Below are positions 51,946 to 64,000 of a stretch of 64,000 bases of DNA, piece by piece. How positions within the stretch are numbered: position 1 is the stretch's first letter; the number at the start of each line of letters is the position of its first letter. Source of the DNA: Bigelowiella natans CCMP2755 (lineage: Eukaryota > Protista > Cercozoa); assembly GCA_000320545.1 (NCBI GenBank), contig ADNK01001636.1:1-64000 (forward strand), written 5' to 3'. The translations under genes were made by a program, and so were the position numbers. The notes beneath the pieces were generated by a model, which was not told the DNA's origin, did not search any database, and saw only the letters and a program-made list of their open reading frames with translations.

Positions 51946-53000
51946 TCTACTGACAATGGCTGACTCAATTGGCTGGCCACCTCAACGTCGACACGAGTAG
52001 TTTCATCACATGTCACAAGAAACAAGAACACAACACATCGAGGGATGCACTGAGACCAATGAGTAGCCACATGGGACATGTTGCAGATCGTTGCAGATCA
52101 CTGTGGATGATCCATGGAATGAAAGTGAAGAAAACACCACAGACATCGTAGAGTATTTGTCTAGTACCATGCACGATGCAGACCTGTCATGCATCAAACC
52201 AGGAGTATCTGTTGTTCATGTACTGTTTCGTTACCGACAAATAAGAGAGGAAAATGCTTGAAACCCAGAACAAAAAAGCGCTTGAAACTAGTCAAGTCGA
52301 AGGTATATACTACGCGCGCGCTACATTTAGAACATGTTCTAAATTTGTTTGAGAACTTGCATGCAAACATTCGGAAAAAGGAGGAGAAAGAAATATCCAT
52401 GAAGATTCCTACACCCCATCCAAAGGTGAAACACTGATGAACTGCATGCCTTTTAGACATTAATGTATCGATGATACTTCGTATAAATTGTATCAATATA
52501 TGAATATAAAGTTGGATAAATTTCACAGGTAATTACCGGTATATAAACTTATGTACGCTTCTCACGTGGCCCGTTCCGCCAACCAGGTGAAATAGGAGGG
52601 CGTGCATCATGATGGGGGTATTTCCCGAGCCTGGGATATCCACACGAGCTTTTCTAAAACAAACTGATGATAATAAATCGAAGTAATACTGCAATTTTCA
52701 TCTGCGTCAACATAAATATCTTGATTGTGTTCTAAATTGGCCTTTACTATCGAGGCACCGCGCGAGCAATCCACTGCTCCTAGGGTTAGCCTCAGAGATT
52801 ATCGATAGTCCATCAAACAACGGCCAGTGAGGCTCGAACCCCGTCGCGGGTAAGTCAGAAATGAAATATAGAGTTATTTCCACCAAATACTGATACCTTC
52901 TAATTGGATTCCATTCTGTGTACACACGCAAATATCCGTTCCGCTACATCGGTTCATCTTATCATATTGCTATCAACCTAAAAATCAACGTGGCAGCAAG

Positions 53001-56000
53001 ATGGCAAATGCCAGAGCCGCTTTTTCTGCCCCGTTACAACTTCATCCTAAACTAGGTGAGTGGCTGAGGTTCATCTTCCTTCCAACATCTCAGGGAGATG
53101 AAAAGAGAGTTGCGAAAATTGCAAATAGGTCATTATGCAGTACCAAAATTCGCCTCTACCTCAGTTAGATTAGTTCCAGCGATCTTTTTCGACCTTCAAT
53201 GTAATTTTAACCCTACGCTAGCTGTCAATTTAATGAGAATCTTTGATACAGGGATAAGCAAGAGTAGTGTTCAGGGTAAACGAAAGCGCAAGAAGGTTGA
53301 CCGTCTGCTGCCTCCACCTGGCTACTACAATGTAAAACCCTTGACATCGAAACGAAGGAAGAAGACAGATTCAAGCGGATCAATAAGTGGAAAGAGTAAT
53401 AAACGGAAACTTGGAAGGTCTCCAAAACCCTCGACGAAGCAGCAGCGAGGCAGCGAGAATACCAAAAATAAAGATGCGAAGAATAAGAAAAGAGGCGATT
53501 CTAAGACTAGTCTAAAAAAAAGGGATCTCTGGACCTGCCCATACAAATGTGGACATTCTTTTCCATTCAGATCCATGAGCAAAATTAATGATCATCTGCA
53601 AAATTGCCTGAAGGGACCGAGTTCTGCACTGGAGGGAGCCCTTCCTTCTCTGCCCTCTTCTCCTTCTTCAATAGCATATGAGGATGCTGAGAGGAGTGAA
53701 AATGTCGAAAAGCGAGAAATAGTAGAAAAGGATTTTTGCGACAAAAAGAAGAAGGAGGACGTGGTAGAAGCTTTCAAGAGGAAGAATTATCCCTACACTG
53801 AGCCGCAACAGGGCTTGAGGATTCTCGTTGCGTTTGACGAGGGAATATTTGCAGGAATAATTTTTGGGGTGAGTGAAAAAATAAAGGAAGGAGCTAACGG
53901 GGGTGAAGTAAATGTCAGCGAAGAGAAACAAAATCCCAAATCCTACGATCTCTGGGTTCTCTACGACGATGGATTCGATGAGGTCGTAAGCTACCCTGAC
54001 GAAAATGGGGAAGTGGCTGTGCTCCCACCAGAGGGCCTAAACCTGCGTCCGTCCATCTCTAAGTATCGAATTAAACAGAAAGTTTATGCTTACTTCCCTC
54101 CTGACCCAAAGATTGGAACGAAGAAGGTTCCGCCTCCAGGCTCGAAGGGGACACATTTGTTTTGGGAGAAGGCTGAGGTGCTTTCTGTTGAGGACGATTC
54201 TACTGTTCCGGGAGGGTATAGATGTGTTGTACGCCTTATTAAAAGGCTAGATCAGCAAAAGTTTATCAACCCCAACTGGATGCGACCCATGAGCCTCAAG
54301 TCATCGGAGCAAAACGAGCAAGAGAGAAAAAAAAATGACGATAAAATGCGCGAGAAGCTTCTCAAGTTGAGGAACCAGCTAAAATCTGGTAAGATTTCTG
54401 CGTATTCTGTTTTCGTCGAGGATTTCAAGCAAAGGACCAAAACCGACCCGACTCCGACTTCCGACATCGAACCCACCCCGCTAGAAGCAGAATTTATGGC
54501 TCTCTCCCAAGGCCAAAAATCAATTTTCAGAGGCCTTTGCCAAAAGAAAAAAATGGAATTAAAGGCCGCAAAAGAAGCAGAGAAAGTTGCTCAAAAAGCT
54601 GAGAAGGAGGCTAGGAGAAAGGCTAATAGAGAGGCTAGAAGAATAGCGAAGAAGGCTGCCTCGCTAGCAAGAGGAAAAGCTCGTAAGGAAGGAGCAACCG
54701 TGAAGAACGGTGCAGGTGACAACAGTAGAATGGCTATTTGGAATAGCCCATTCCAGCCCATGTTGATGCACAGCAACTACTACACTTACTACAATGGCGC
54801 CAATCTACCACTAGCAGGTTTGCGGGGCAATATAGCAACAGCAACAACACCAACAACAAATATTAAGGTGAAGATTAAGCATTTCAGTTCCCCAGCCTTC
54901 TCTACCGCTGCGTTTCCGGTCAAAGCATCATCATATGAAAAGCGGCCCAGTGTCAGTAAAACGACACCAAATCTCGGCATCAAGTCCCCATCTTTCCCCC
55001 CTCCGCTTCCAGTGGCTAATGAGAACATGGTGATAAATAGACATCTTTGATAATATTATTAATGTTAACGATAAATCCTTACTAAATACTCCTCTCTCCT
55101 CCTCAGCAGATAGTAACCCGCCGCATAGAACCTTCCCCTCAGCAACTGCAAGGAGGCCGGCCGCAGCACGACATCGCTCCCCCCATCAGAAGCACCACGA
55201 CATCACAATTATCACCTGACGTCAGAACGGGGCATTCCGAGCCTAAACCTACCACCATATCTGCAACTGCAGCCTTTCCTTCCCCTTCCAAGAAGCATCA
55301 TCATCAACATCCTTCCTCTCCTCTCACTCCCTACTCTTCTCCTACGGGGGGGTACAGCAGCAGTCCTTCCGTCGCCACATCGGCGTCAATGAAGAAGAGG
55401 AAGCGAAAGCCGAAGGAAATCAATTTCACAAGGGAATGCTCGTCGGAATTGGCCTCAGCAGCAACGACGCCTCGTAGTAGTCCTGCAGCAGGTAGTAGTA
55501 TTAGTAGTAGTAACAGGCCTTCTTCAAGGAGAAAGCAAACGGCCAAGCTGTCTACAGGAAGGGATTTCTGTCCTCTCTGCTTTGAGAAGTTCTCCTCCGT
55601 GAAAGCGGTGATGAAGGGGGGGGGGGGGGGAGGCATAGGAGATGGAGCTGTATGTTGGGCAAAATCAAAATTCTCTTCTGTAATGTGGTGTGAACAATGC
55701 ATTAAAAGGTTGCGGGGTTATAGGGGTTTAGACGCATTTCATCTGGTTCTTTTTTACTCACATGTCGCTGTCACTCTATACAGGCCAAAAGGCATCTCCT
55801 TGAGGTACACTCCCTCTCGGAGTACAAGAAGGGGGAGGAGGAAAAGGAACGAAATGTCAACGGAGGTTGTTGTAAACGCATGAGCGACATGATTGGGAAT
55901 GGGTTTTTCACTTAAGCTTGAGAAAGGAGAGCACATGCATTTTATTGCAAAGATCGGCTCCCCCTCCCCTTCCTTCTCCTTTTCTTCTTCTTCTTCTTCT

Positions 56001-56083
56001 TCTTCTTCTTCTTCTTCTTCTTCTTCTCAACTGTCTTTGTGTTTTTTTGTCTTACACGCACTCGGTTCAGTCTATGTATCGTT

Positions 56084-56124
<41 letters not shown>

Positions 56125-57143
56125 CCCTCGCATTATCAAAGGTTGGAAGACAGAACACGAGGTATGGCACCATTATGGAGACACTTATGTCGCCGAGTCC
56201 AAGGTAAGAAAAGCTGTAAGAGCGATGCATGCTTGCGTGAGTGGGCCTCATGGATGATGAGCACTTTGGAACTTGTGAAATAAATCCCCTGGTGATGATT
56301 CCAAATAGCCACCATCCACCCCAAATCATTGAGGAATTTTGGTTTCGCGCCGATGATGAATCCGAAGAAGTCCGCGCGATCATTAACGTTTCGGGATCAT
56401 TCGAGTTTCGAGATATTGTCTTTGTTCTTGTCGTGTTTCTACCACTACTGCTACTACTGCTACTACTACTTCTACTACTTCTACTACTACTACTACTGCG
56501 ACTACTGCTACTACTAAATTGATGATAATTAATAGGTCTCAGAGGGGGGGTTGGGACTCTTTGCTGGGAAGGTATTCAACCCACCTACCTATGGAATGGT
56601 CGATGGAAAGGTACCGCTGCTACTAACTATCACGTTACTACTATTATTACTACTATGCTGCTACAACTGCTACTGGGTGATGTGATGATGATAATGATGG
56701 TGATGCTGACGTTTTTGAGCATTTGAATGAGAAAATGAGAGTTGCGGAGAGAAGTCTTTTCCAGCGCATCCTTCCCTCGCTATGTGACAACAAGAATCCA
56801 TCAAAAAGGTGAATCCCCTGCTTATCGAACACGACACCGAGGCGAGAATCATCAGTGACAGCACGCAAGGCAGCAGGAAAGGAAAAAAAGATGCCAACAA
56901 AGAGGAGGGGGAGAAGGAAGAGGAAGAAAACCGCAAGAAAAAGAAGAACGAAGCAAAGACTGAGAAAGGGTTCGTTGAATCTGAATTCATAAAAACAGCA
57001 CCGTCCGTAAACCTATTTCAAGTGATGGTTTTGGGGCAAAAATAGTATATCATTTGTTGGCAACGACGATATATTGAAGAGAATCAGCAGCAAATACTCT
57101 ACCTCTCGTCATATCCCTCCCCTCCTTTCTTTCCCTTTCTTTT

Positions 57144-57184
<41 letters not shown>

Positions 57185-58925
57185 AATATACACCCTCCTG
57201 GAGAAGTAATCCGTGGCCCCCCCTCCCTCCCCGATCGATGATGAGAATTATAACGATGACGGTGGTGTAATTGGTGCTCGGTTTTCATCCGATTCAGGCT
57301 GCTGCAACCCGTGAAAGGCGGGGACATTATTGGTCGTTACTGCGTGGCTGATCAAATGATGGATTGGTGGGAGTTTAAGGCGTTTTATCCTGATGCCACG
57401 GTTGACTGGGTGGAGGCGACTGGAGGTGCTAGCTACTACTACAACTACTCTAATTACTACTACTAAGTACATCGTTGCAGCTCTCCGCAGTAGTAAATAC
57501 TTAGCAGCAGCGGCAGCAAAACAATAGACGCTTGTTTTCTAGACGTGCGTGAAGTAAATGAACTTCTGCGTGTTGTTGTCCCTGTCTCTTGCTGGTACTA
57601 CTGTGATAAGGCGTCAAATCGATATACAACTTCCACGGGCCTTATTCAGACCGTGTGATGATGCTCAATCTGGTCTGCTATTGTCTCTCTTTTTTCCGTT
57701 TCTTCTGAACTAGCTCGGGGATGGGGGCGGGGGGTGCTGGGACTGTTCTTAGAAATCATGTTCCTTTTCATTCCAACAAGAGAAGAATTTAAATTTTTGT
57801 CTTAATGGATTCGCTATTATCTCTGGCCCTTCCTTGTCCATTTGTCTCACATTTCCCACCATCCACTTGACCCCTTACGTTAGGACTGCTGTGACTGGTT
57901 TGCAATACCCTTTGGGAAAACGCTTAATATCTTCGAAAGAGACGACATTGTCAAGAAATTAGGCGACAATGTTGTTGGTTTTGACTCCAAGAAAGAGAGT
58001 AATTTCGACATGAAATAATTCTGACTCTGATGTCTCTTCGATACGCCTTTTTCTGATTTTTTGCACATTTTCGTGATAACGCGGGGAAGTGGTTAGCGAT
58101 GATGATAATGGTGGTTATGATGATGATGATGATGATGATGATGACGATGGTGATAATGATGGCGACAACAACTGTAGGTATGGGCCTCGAGGGCATCAAA
58201 TTTGCAGTATGCTATGAGAACCGCGAGAAGGCGCACCAACCCTTCCAACACATTGGAGCCTACGCGAATGACTTCGCATTTCATGTAATGAAATACACCA
58301 GCACACTGAGACTTGTTTGCCATCTTCAACAACATTTTTCTTCTTCTTCATTCTTCTTCTTCCCTTCTTCTTCTTCTTCTTCTTCTTCTTCTTCTCCTTC
58401 TTCTTCTTCGTCTTGCCATGCGAAATAGATAACAGACCCCCTACGGTACTGGGAGTATTCCAAGTCGAAGAACAACGCGATTCCCATCCCCGTCCTGGGA
58501 GCAGACCCGAAGCTTTCCACTGTAAGCAGTCAGTTATCTAAGCCAGTAGGACCAGAGAACATATCAAATATGATGAATGGTGATGATGAATGATGATGAT
58601 GATGATGATAAATTACGGACAAAGACAATACACACACACATGATCATGCCACGGTAGAAATATTGGAGAGTCAGATCTAGCGCTTGATTTCACTTCGTCA
58701 TCATCATCATCTAAACATTCTGGTTCATCAGCTATGTATCACTAGATGATAATTCGTTGGCCACATTCATTTGATCACCAGGATTCTCTGATTTCCGGCC
58801 GCATTCTGACGTTCATCGGCTCGGTGCTCATGGCCGCGCGGAAGATCGAACCTGAAGAAGAAATAGGTAGAATAGCAGAGGTAGCATCAGTCTCAGCAGT
58901 AGCAGTAGCAGTAGTAATAGTAGGT

Positions 58926-58964
<39 letters not shown>

Positions 58965-59393
58965 CCATAGTAGTAGCAAGCCTCTTCTTTGTGCATATGA
59001 TTCTCAGTCAGTCATCTGGTGTGAAATCAATCATTTCATTGACCTCTCTCTCCTCCTTTCAAGGGAATCTTGCGACGACGACAAACTCGCCAGCAGCAAC
59101 CATCCAATTACTAAATATTATCCCTGATATTATCATTGTTCGTATACTGTATAACCTACTGTCCAGGAATGTGTTACGGTCCTGGAGCTTCAACCTCGAA
59201 GGAATTTACAGCAAAGTCCACAGAACCCCTCCCTCCCGTTCCGGAGGATGTTCGCGGAAAGAATGGGGTGTGTGCGTACATACACCACGTGTGTGATGTG
59301 TGAGAAAATGTGCGTCCGCACGCGTCCCCGTCTAGTCTACTGGTGGATATGTAGCACACAATGTCCGCAAAATATTCTCTCTTTCTCTCTCTA

Positions 59394-59447
<54 letters not shown>

Positions 59448-60124
59448 ACCTTCTATTGTATTTTCGGTCATTTTCTTCTTCGGATCTCCCTCCCTCCCTC
59501 CCTCCCTGATCAGAAGCCTGCCCAGAACATGAAAGAGGCCTTGGAGCATATCTACAAGTCAGTATCAAATTATGGCTACATGTCGGGGAAGTATGAGGAG
59601 AATACCCATCCAGCGACCTATTTCGGGTTTGTGAATACACATCACTTTTTCAGCCGTCACTATCTTACCTCCTCCCTCCTCTTCTTGTAGAAGTAAATAA
59701 TAATAAAATAATAATAATACCTCCATTTAATTCCTTGTTCTTCACCTCTCTCCTCCCCCCCCCCCTCTCTCTCGGTGGTGTTGCTTGCTTCGCTACATTG
59801 ATAATGCTGCACTGTGGATGTATGCAGGCACACTGCTGGCCCATATAAGTCGTGGGTGGGGGGCATTCGTAAGAAGACGAAAAAAAAGACAAGAAGGCTC
59901 TATCAGGCCTTTGTAAGGGGTTATCTTATGGACGACAAGGAGGTGGGTCACAAGATCACTGGAAAATCGTCATTTATCTCACCATGTTGCAGCAAAAGAC
60001 AATGGTGGTTCTCTGCTGTTATCAGCAGCCAATTCTGATTCTTTAGCCCTGCTCCTAATTGAGCCATATTATCGTCGTATTTGTATGCGGTAGATCAAGG
60101 AGGGGGTATTTCCTACTATGTGTA

Positions 60125-60183
<59 letters not shown>

Positions 60184-61126
60184 CGTGTGTTGTGGGTGTT
60201 GTGCCACAACCAGGTTGGGATTGATCTAGGCAGCTTCAAAGTGCGGCTTCATGCTGAGGAAGTGGTGAAGGAGTTCACGCACCACCCAAAGATACGCACC
60301 TTGCTCCGGAAAGAGTGCAGCATAACAAAGAGCCAGCAGGCGGAGCTCAAGGCCACGTTGGGCTTGCACGAAGCCAAGAAGAAGAAGAAGAAGAAGAAGG
60401 AGAAGAATGGTGGGGGGGGCATCAACACAATCGCCTGCTCTGTTTGTGGATATCCAGGTAGTATAAGTAGTAAGAGTATTCGTTCTTGTGGTTTTAGTAG
60501 TAGTAGTAGTAGTAGTAGTAGAGACAGGAGAGGTTTGCAGTAGGAAGCAACCTTTTCTTAATTGCCGTTCTTTTTCTTCTTATTCTTCTTCTTCTCCTTC
60601 TTCTTCCTCTTCTTCTCGTGCTGTCCAACCTCTCAGATATCACTACTGAGAAATCATGTCCAGCATGCTACGAGAAAGTAGTAGTCCCAGTGACGACGAC
60701 ATCAACGTCAACGACAACGACGGCAGCGGCTACAACTAGGCCCGGAGAGGGCAAATCATCGAAGAATTCTTCTTCTTCTTCCAATCACGCCAAGGATGGC
60801 GATCGTGCCTCTGAGAAGGGTGAAGGCGACGCGAAGGAAGGAGAAGGTGTACCATGGAACACGATTCCTCCAACTTTGAGAGAACACATATTGACCACCG
60901 TTCTCATACCACTTTTGCCGTGTTTTCTTATGATAATGACGATGACGGTGGTGACGCTGATGAAGATGATGTTTCTTTGCACCGACCCGCGGTCGTTGGT
61001 ATAGGTAAAGGTAAGAAGAATAGCGGTCATATTAAGCGAGGGTGGGCTCGAGGCCAAAGGGTGCTGGCTGAGGTTCCATCTCGATTCCCCAACGTACGTT
61101 GCATTGAGTTGAAGACGTCGCACTGA
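53001..61126 (+). CDS. Large multi-exon chromatin-associated protein (C2HC finger, Tudor-like segments, HMG-box-like segment, CxxC motifs, divergent SET-like domain). 3' extent uncertain.
   Basis: ATG at 53001 with a GTGAGT donor at 53056. Long exon within ORF 53098-55050 contains CPYKC...HLQNC, LWVLYDDGFDEVV, KVYAYF...WEKAEVLSV and KISAYSVFV...EFMALSQGQKSIF. Later exons contain CPLC...CEQC, HIGAYANDFAF and LMAARKIEPEEEI. Confidence 0.55.
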
Positions 61127-61146
61127 GCAACCAACCAGAAAAGACT

Positions 61147-61180
<34 letters not shown>

Positions 61181-61457
61181 CGATGGAGGAGCAAGAGAAT
61201 TCACCGCACAATACGCATATCTCTGAATTCTACGGAATCCGCCATTTATTCCTCTGTTTCCATTATTGCACCTCAGAGACTCGAATGGCGACCGGCGATT
61301 GTGCAAGAACTCCTCCTCGAGCTAGACTCCCCTCCCTCGTCGAAATCAACTCCGCTACTACCGCCACCATCTCCTCAAACATCATCACCATTGAAGAGAA
61401 ACTATTCCTCTGGGATCGAGTACCTTGTCGAGTATCATGTAAGAAGAAGAAGAGAAG

Positions 61458-61489
<32 letters not shown>

Positions 61490-61819
61490 GTAGTAGAAGA
61501 CGCACGTTACGTCGGTGGCTGTCTGATAACTAAACCCAATTTCTTCAATGACCGCAATGATTGCTTGAATTGATGACGTCGTTGTGCAAGGCGGCTGGTG
61601 AATACTACCACTGTACTTTCATCATCATTTCGCGATGTTCCAGGGATCGGAATAGCTATTGAAAGCGATGATGAAGATGTGATGATGATGATGATGTGAT
61701 GATGATGATGATGATGATGACGTTGAATAGGGTGAAAGCCGGCTACAACGCTTCAAGGTGCAACGCTCTCAGCTATGGCCCGACCCGGTAGAGTAAACAC
61801 CGGCTTTACAAAGATAGAA

Positions 61820-61872
<53 letters not shown>

Positions 61873-62289
61873 GAGGGAACCCTCACGACATATACGACAT
61901 ATAAGCAGGGGCTTCTCACCACGTAATGCATAGAATATCCCTTTGTATATATGCACCCCTCCTGCGTAGTACATCATTATCATCATCATCATTATCATCA
62001 GGTTGATACGTGCATGGAGGCGAGTCAGAAGAAGATGAAAAGGTTACGTATCTACCAGCAGGAGCTGCAAAGGCTGAATGGTAGTGATGATTACGAATGC
62101 AGTAGCATGTTATGATGGAAACGAGAAGCAAGCAGCAGCGGCAGCAGAAGCAGTAGGAGATATAGAAACGTAATAGATTCTTCTTTCTCTAGTCCGGTCG
62201 CAGGAGATTGACCACGCTGCCATAGTATATACATATGTACCACGCCCTTCAGCTTAGTATTGTCTCCCTCTTCTTGCTTTTTCATCTTT

Positions 62290-62426
62290 GGATGGCCTGA
62301 TTCGTATCTGGGCATTATTCATACGTGCAAACCACTACTCTCCTATCACAGCCCCTAAGCTTCAAAAGGGCTCAGTCGTAGAGCTCCTCGGTACGAACGA
62401 CCAGACCCAACACACACACACACACG

Positions 62427-62474
<48 letters not shown>

Positions 62475-63641
62475 CATTCGTCCACACTCATTTCTTCCCC
62501 CCCTTTTGTTCTTCTTATTCTTTTTCTTGCTCTCTTAACTGTCTTATTACGCCATCGACGGTTGTCATCATCCTGTGCAGGCGAGAAGGCCACTTTGTAC
62601 TTTGTTATCGAGCAACTTTACGACGAGGTAGTTCTGCGGTAGAAGAGCGCTTCTGTTTGCGTGTGTGGGATTTGTTGGAGTTGTTGCTGGTGTGCTATTC
62701 TCCCTCCACCATGACTCCCCCCTCCTCTCTTTCTCTCTCTTTCTCTCTCTCTCACACACACATACACGTACCGACACTCGTTCACTCAAAGTCATGTCTC
62801 TGTGTCCCTTCCCCTTCAGCACGCTGAAATCCTTCCTCTGGTGGCCGAGAGGGACAGCAGCATCGTCCAACCTTCAGCCTCCTCTGCTTCTTGCTCTTCT
62901 TCTTCTTCTGCTCCTCCTCCTTCTTCTCGTCGTCCTGCTGCTGGAAGTGGTCGGCATCAACAGGTATGGAGGCCATGCCACTTATCCCGGAGGCGCATGG
63001 TCGCCAGGAAACGGCTGCTGGGCGTGCATGTGAAACGACACGGCAGTCAGAAGGGCTGGGTGCTTTCGAGCCCGCCCAAGTCCAAGAAGTCTCTCTTATC
63101 CTCATACGGCCGAGGGGCGGCGTCGTCGTCGTCTGCATCGTCCTCATCTTCGGCGCAAGCACACGTCAAGGCTGCCATGCCAGAAGCTGGGGAGAGGAAG
63201 AAGAAGATCTCTGGTGTCTCCAGGCTGCTAGCTGGCAAGAAGGTGCAGAAGAAGATAAAGAACACGGGGCTTAGTAAGGGAGGCTCTTTCATGGAAGTGC
63301 TCCCGGAGGGATATGTCTTTGACAGCAGAAATCAGTATACGTCTGTGAGACAGCGCAAGGTACGGCAGGAGGGGGTTACAAAAATGGCTGCTAGAAGTGA
63401 TCTGCACTCTTCTTCTTCTTCTTCTTCTTCTTCTTCCTCCTCCTCCTACTACTGTTATTCTGTGCGATTTGTTGCTGTTCTCTCTTCTCCTCCTCCTTTT
63501 AGCATCGTCATCATCATCGTCATCATCATCGTCATCATCATCATCATCATCGTCCTCCTCCTGCTTTTACTTTTACTATATTCTCCTCAGAGGCTGGTCG
63601 GTATAGAGCTGATGCTTAAATTTCAGCACGGGTATTTTTGT
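62290..63641 (+). CDS. Probable exons of an unidentified multi-exon gene
   Basis: AG/GT-bounded open segments at about 62581-62690, 62820-63359 and 63591-63631, between microsatellite introns. No domain recognised. Confidence 0.3.
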
Positions 63642-64000
63642 AGTAACAGTAGTAATAGCAGCAGCAGTAGTATTGGTAGTGGATGTAGTAGTTGTAGCAG
63701 TTGTAGTACTATTGGTGTTAAGCTGTTAGTTGTACGCGTCTGATGCAGTTATTTCCTCTTTGTTCAATTTGCTGACATCTGCAGCTGGGCACGAGGACAC
63801 GTTTTGAAGTCAAAAAATGAGAACAGAGAGAGGAACAGGTCGGATGGGCATTTCTGCACATGATGATGTCGACGACAACAACAACAACCACAACAACAAC
63901 GAGTTTCCTCCAACTGAACGCTAAGCCAAACTTTTATTTCTTTTTGTTCACAATCAGCCCTTTCTTAATCACGTTTGACGACGAGCAGACACAGGAGGTG

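Larger units (their letters stand above)
30060..52140. other. TpA-depleted hypermutated domain B
   Basis: About 22 kb with only roughly twenty TA dinucleotides seen by eye. Long ORFs are nearly Tyr-free and nearly all end in TGA. Confidence 0.95.

Noticed and set aside
23181-52140. 5mC CpG deamination or classical RIP as the cause of the TG/CA swaps
   Set aside because: CG remains abundant and TA is lost rather than gained. Conserved Tyr codons and less-mutated copies show TA as the ancestor.
30060-52140. Alternative genetic code or foreign contaminant DNA explaining the Tyr-free ORFs
   Set aside because: Non-coding LTRs, TIRs and tandem repeats are equally affected, and one element is a direct relative of the TA-normal Gypsy in the same window.
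30024-52151. Most short overlapping ORFs in the ORF track as real genes
   Set aside because: They are by-products of TAA/TAG loss. Only frames with recognisable motifs were kept.
53001-61126. Adjacent chromatin-protein gene as the effector of the hypermutation
   Set aside because: No deaminase or DNA-modifying motif was seen, and adjacency alone is not evidence in a eukaryote.

Overview
Eukaryotic nuclear DNA: intron-rich and microsatellite-rich, with AP2-domain and LamG genes. An algal or protist genome such as a chlorarachniophyte is plausible, but that is only inference. The window has three parts. (1) 1-17.4 kb is ordinary multi-exon genes: an AP2/UBA protein, a coiled-coil protein, a LamG protein and an SLC37-like MFS transporter. 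(2) 17.5-52.1 kb is a nested mobile-element cluster: an intact Ty3/Gypsy element, then decayed Harbinger, Gypsy and Copia elements and intronless WD40, 2OG-dioxygenase-SET and PRMT-like pseudogenes, with one unmutated gene island at 26.6-29.6 kb. (3) 53-64 kb is a large multi-exon chromatin-protein gene and unknown exons. The main discovery is that about 25 kb (23.2-26.6 and 30.1-52.1 kb) has lost almost every TpA dinucleotide through TpA->TpG/CpA (A:T->G:C) substitutions. Repeat copies show TA/TG/CA at the same position, and conserved Tyr codons have become Cys or His. This looks like a domain-restricted, adenine-directed hypermutation of transposons, the mirror image of fungal RIP. The neighbouring intact retrotransposon carries a degenerate adenine-methyltransferase-like domain.
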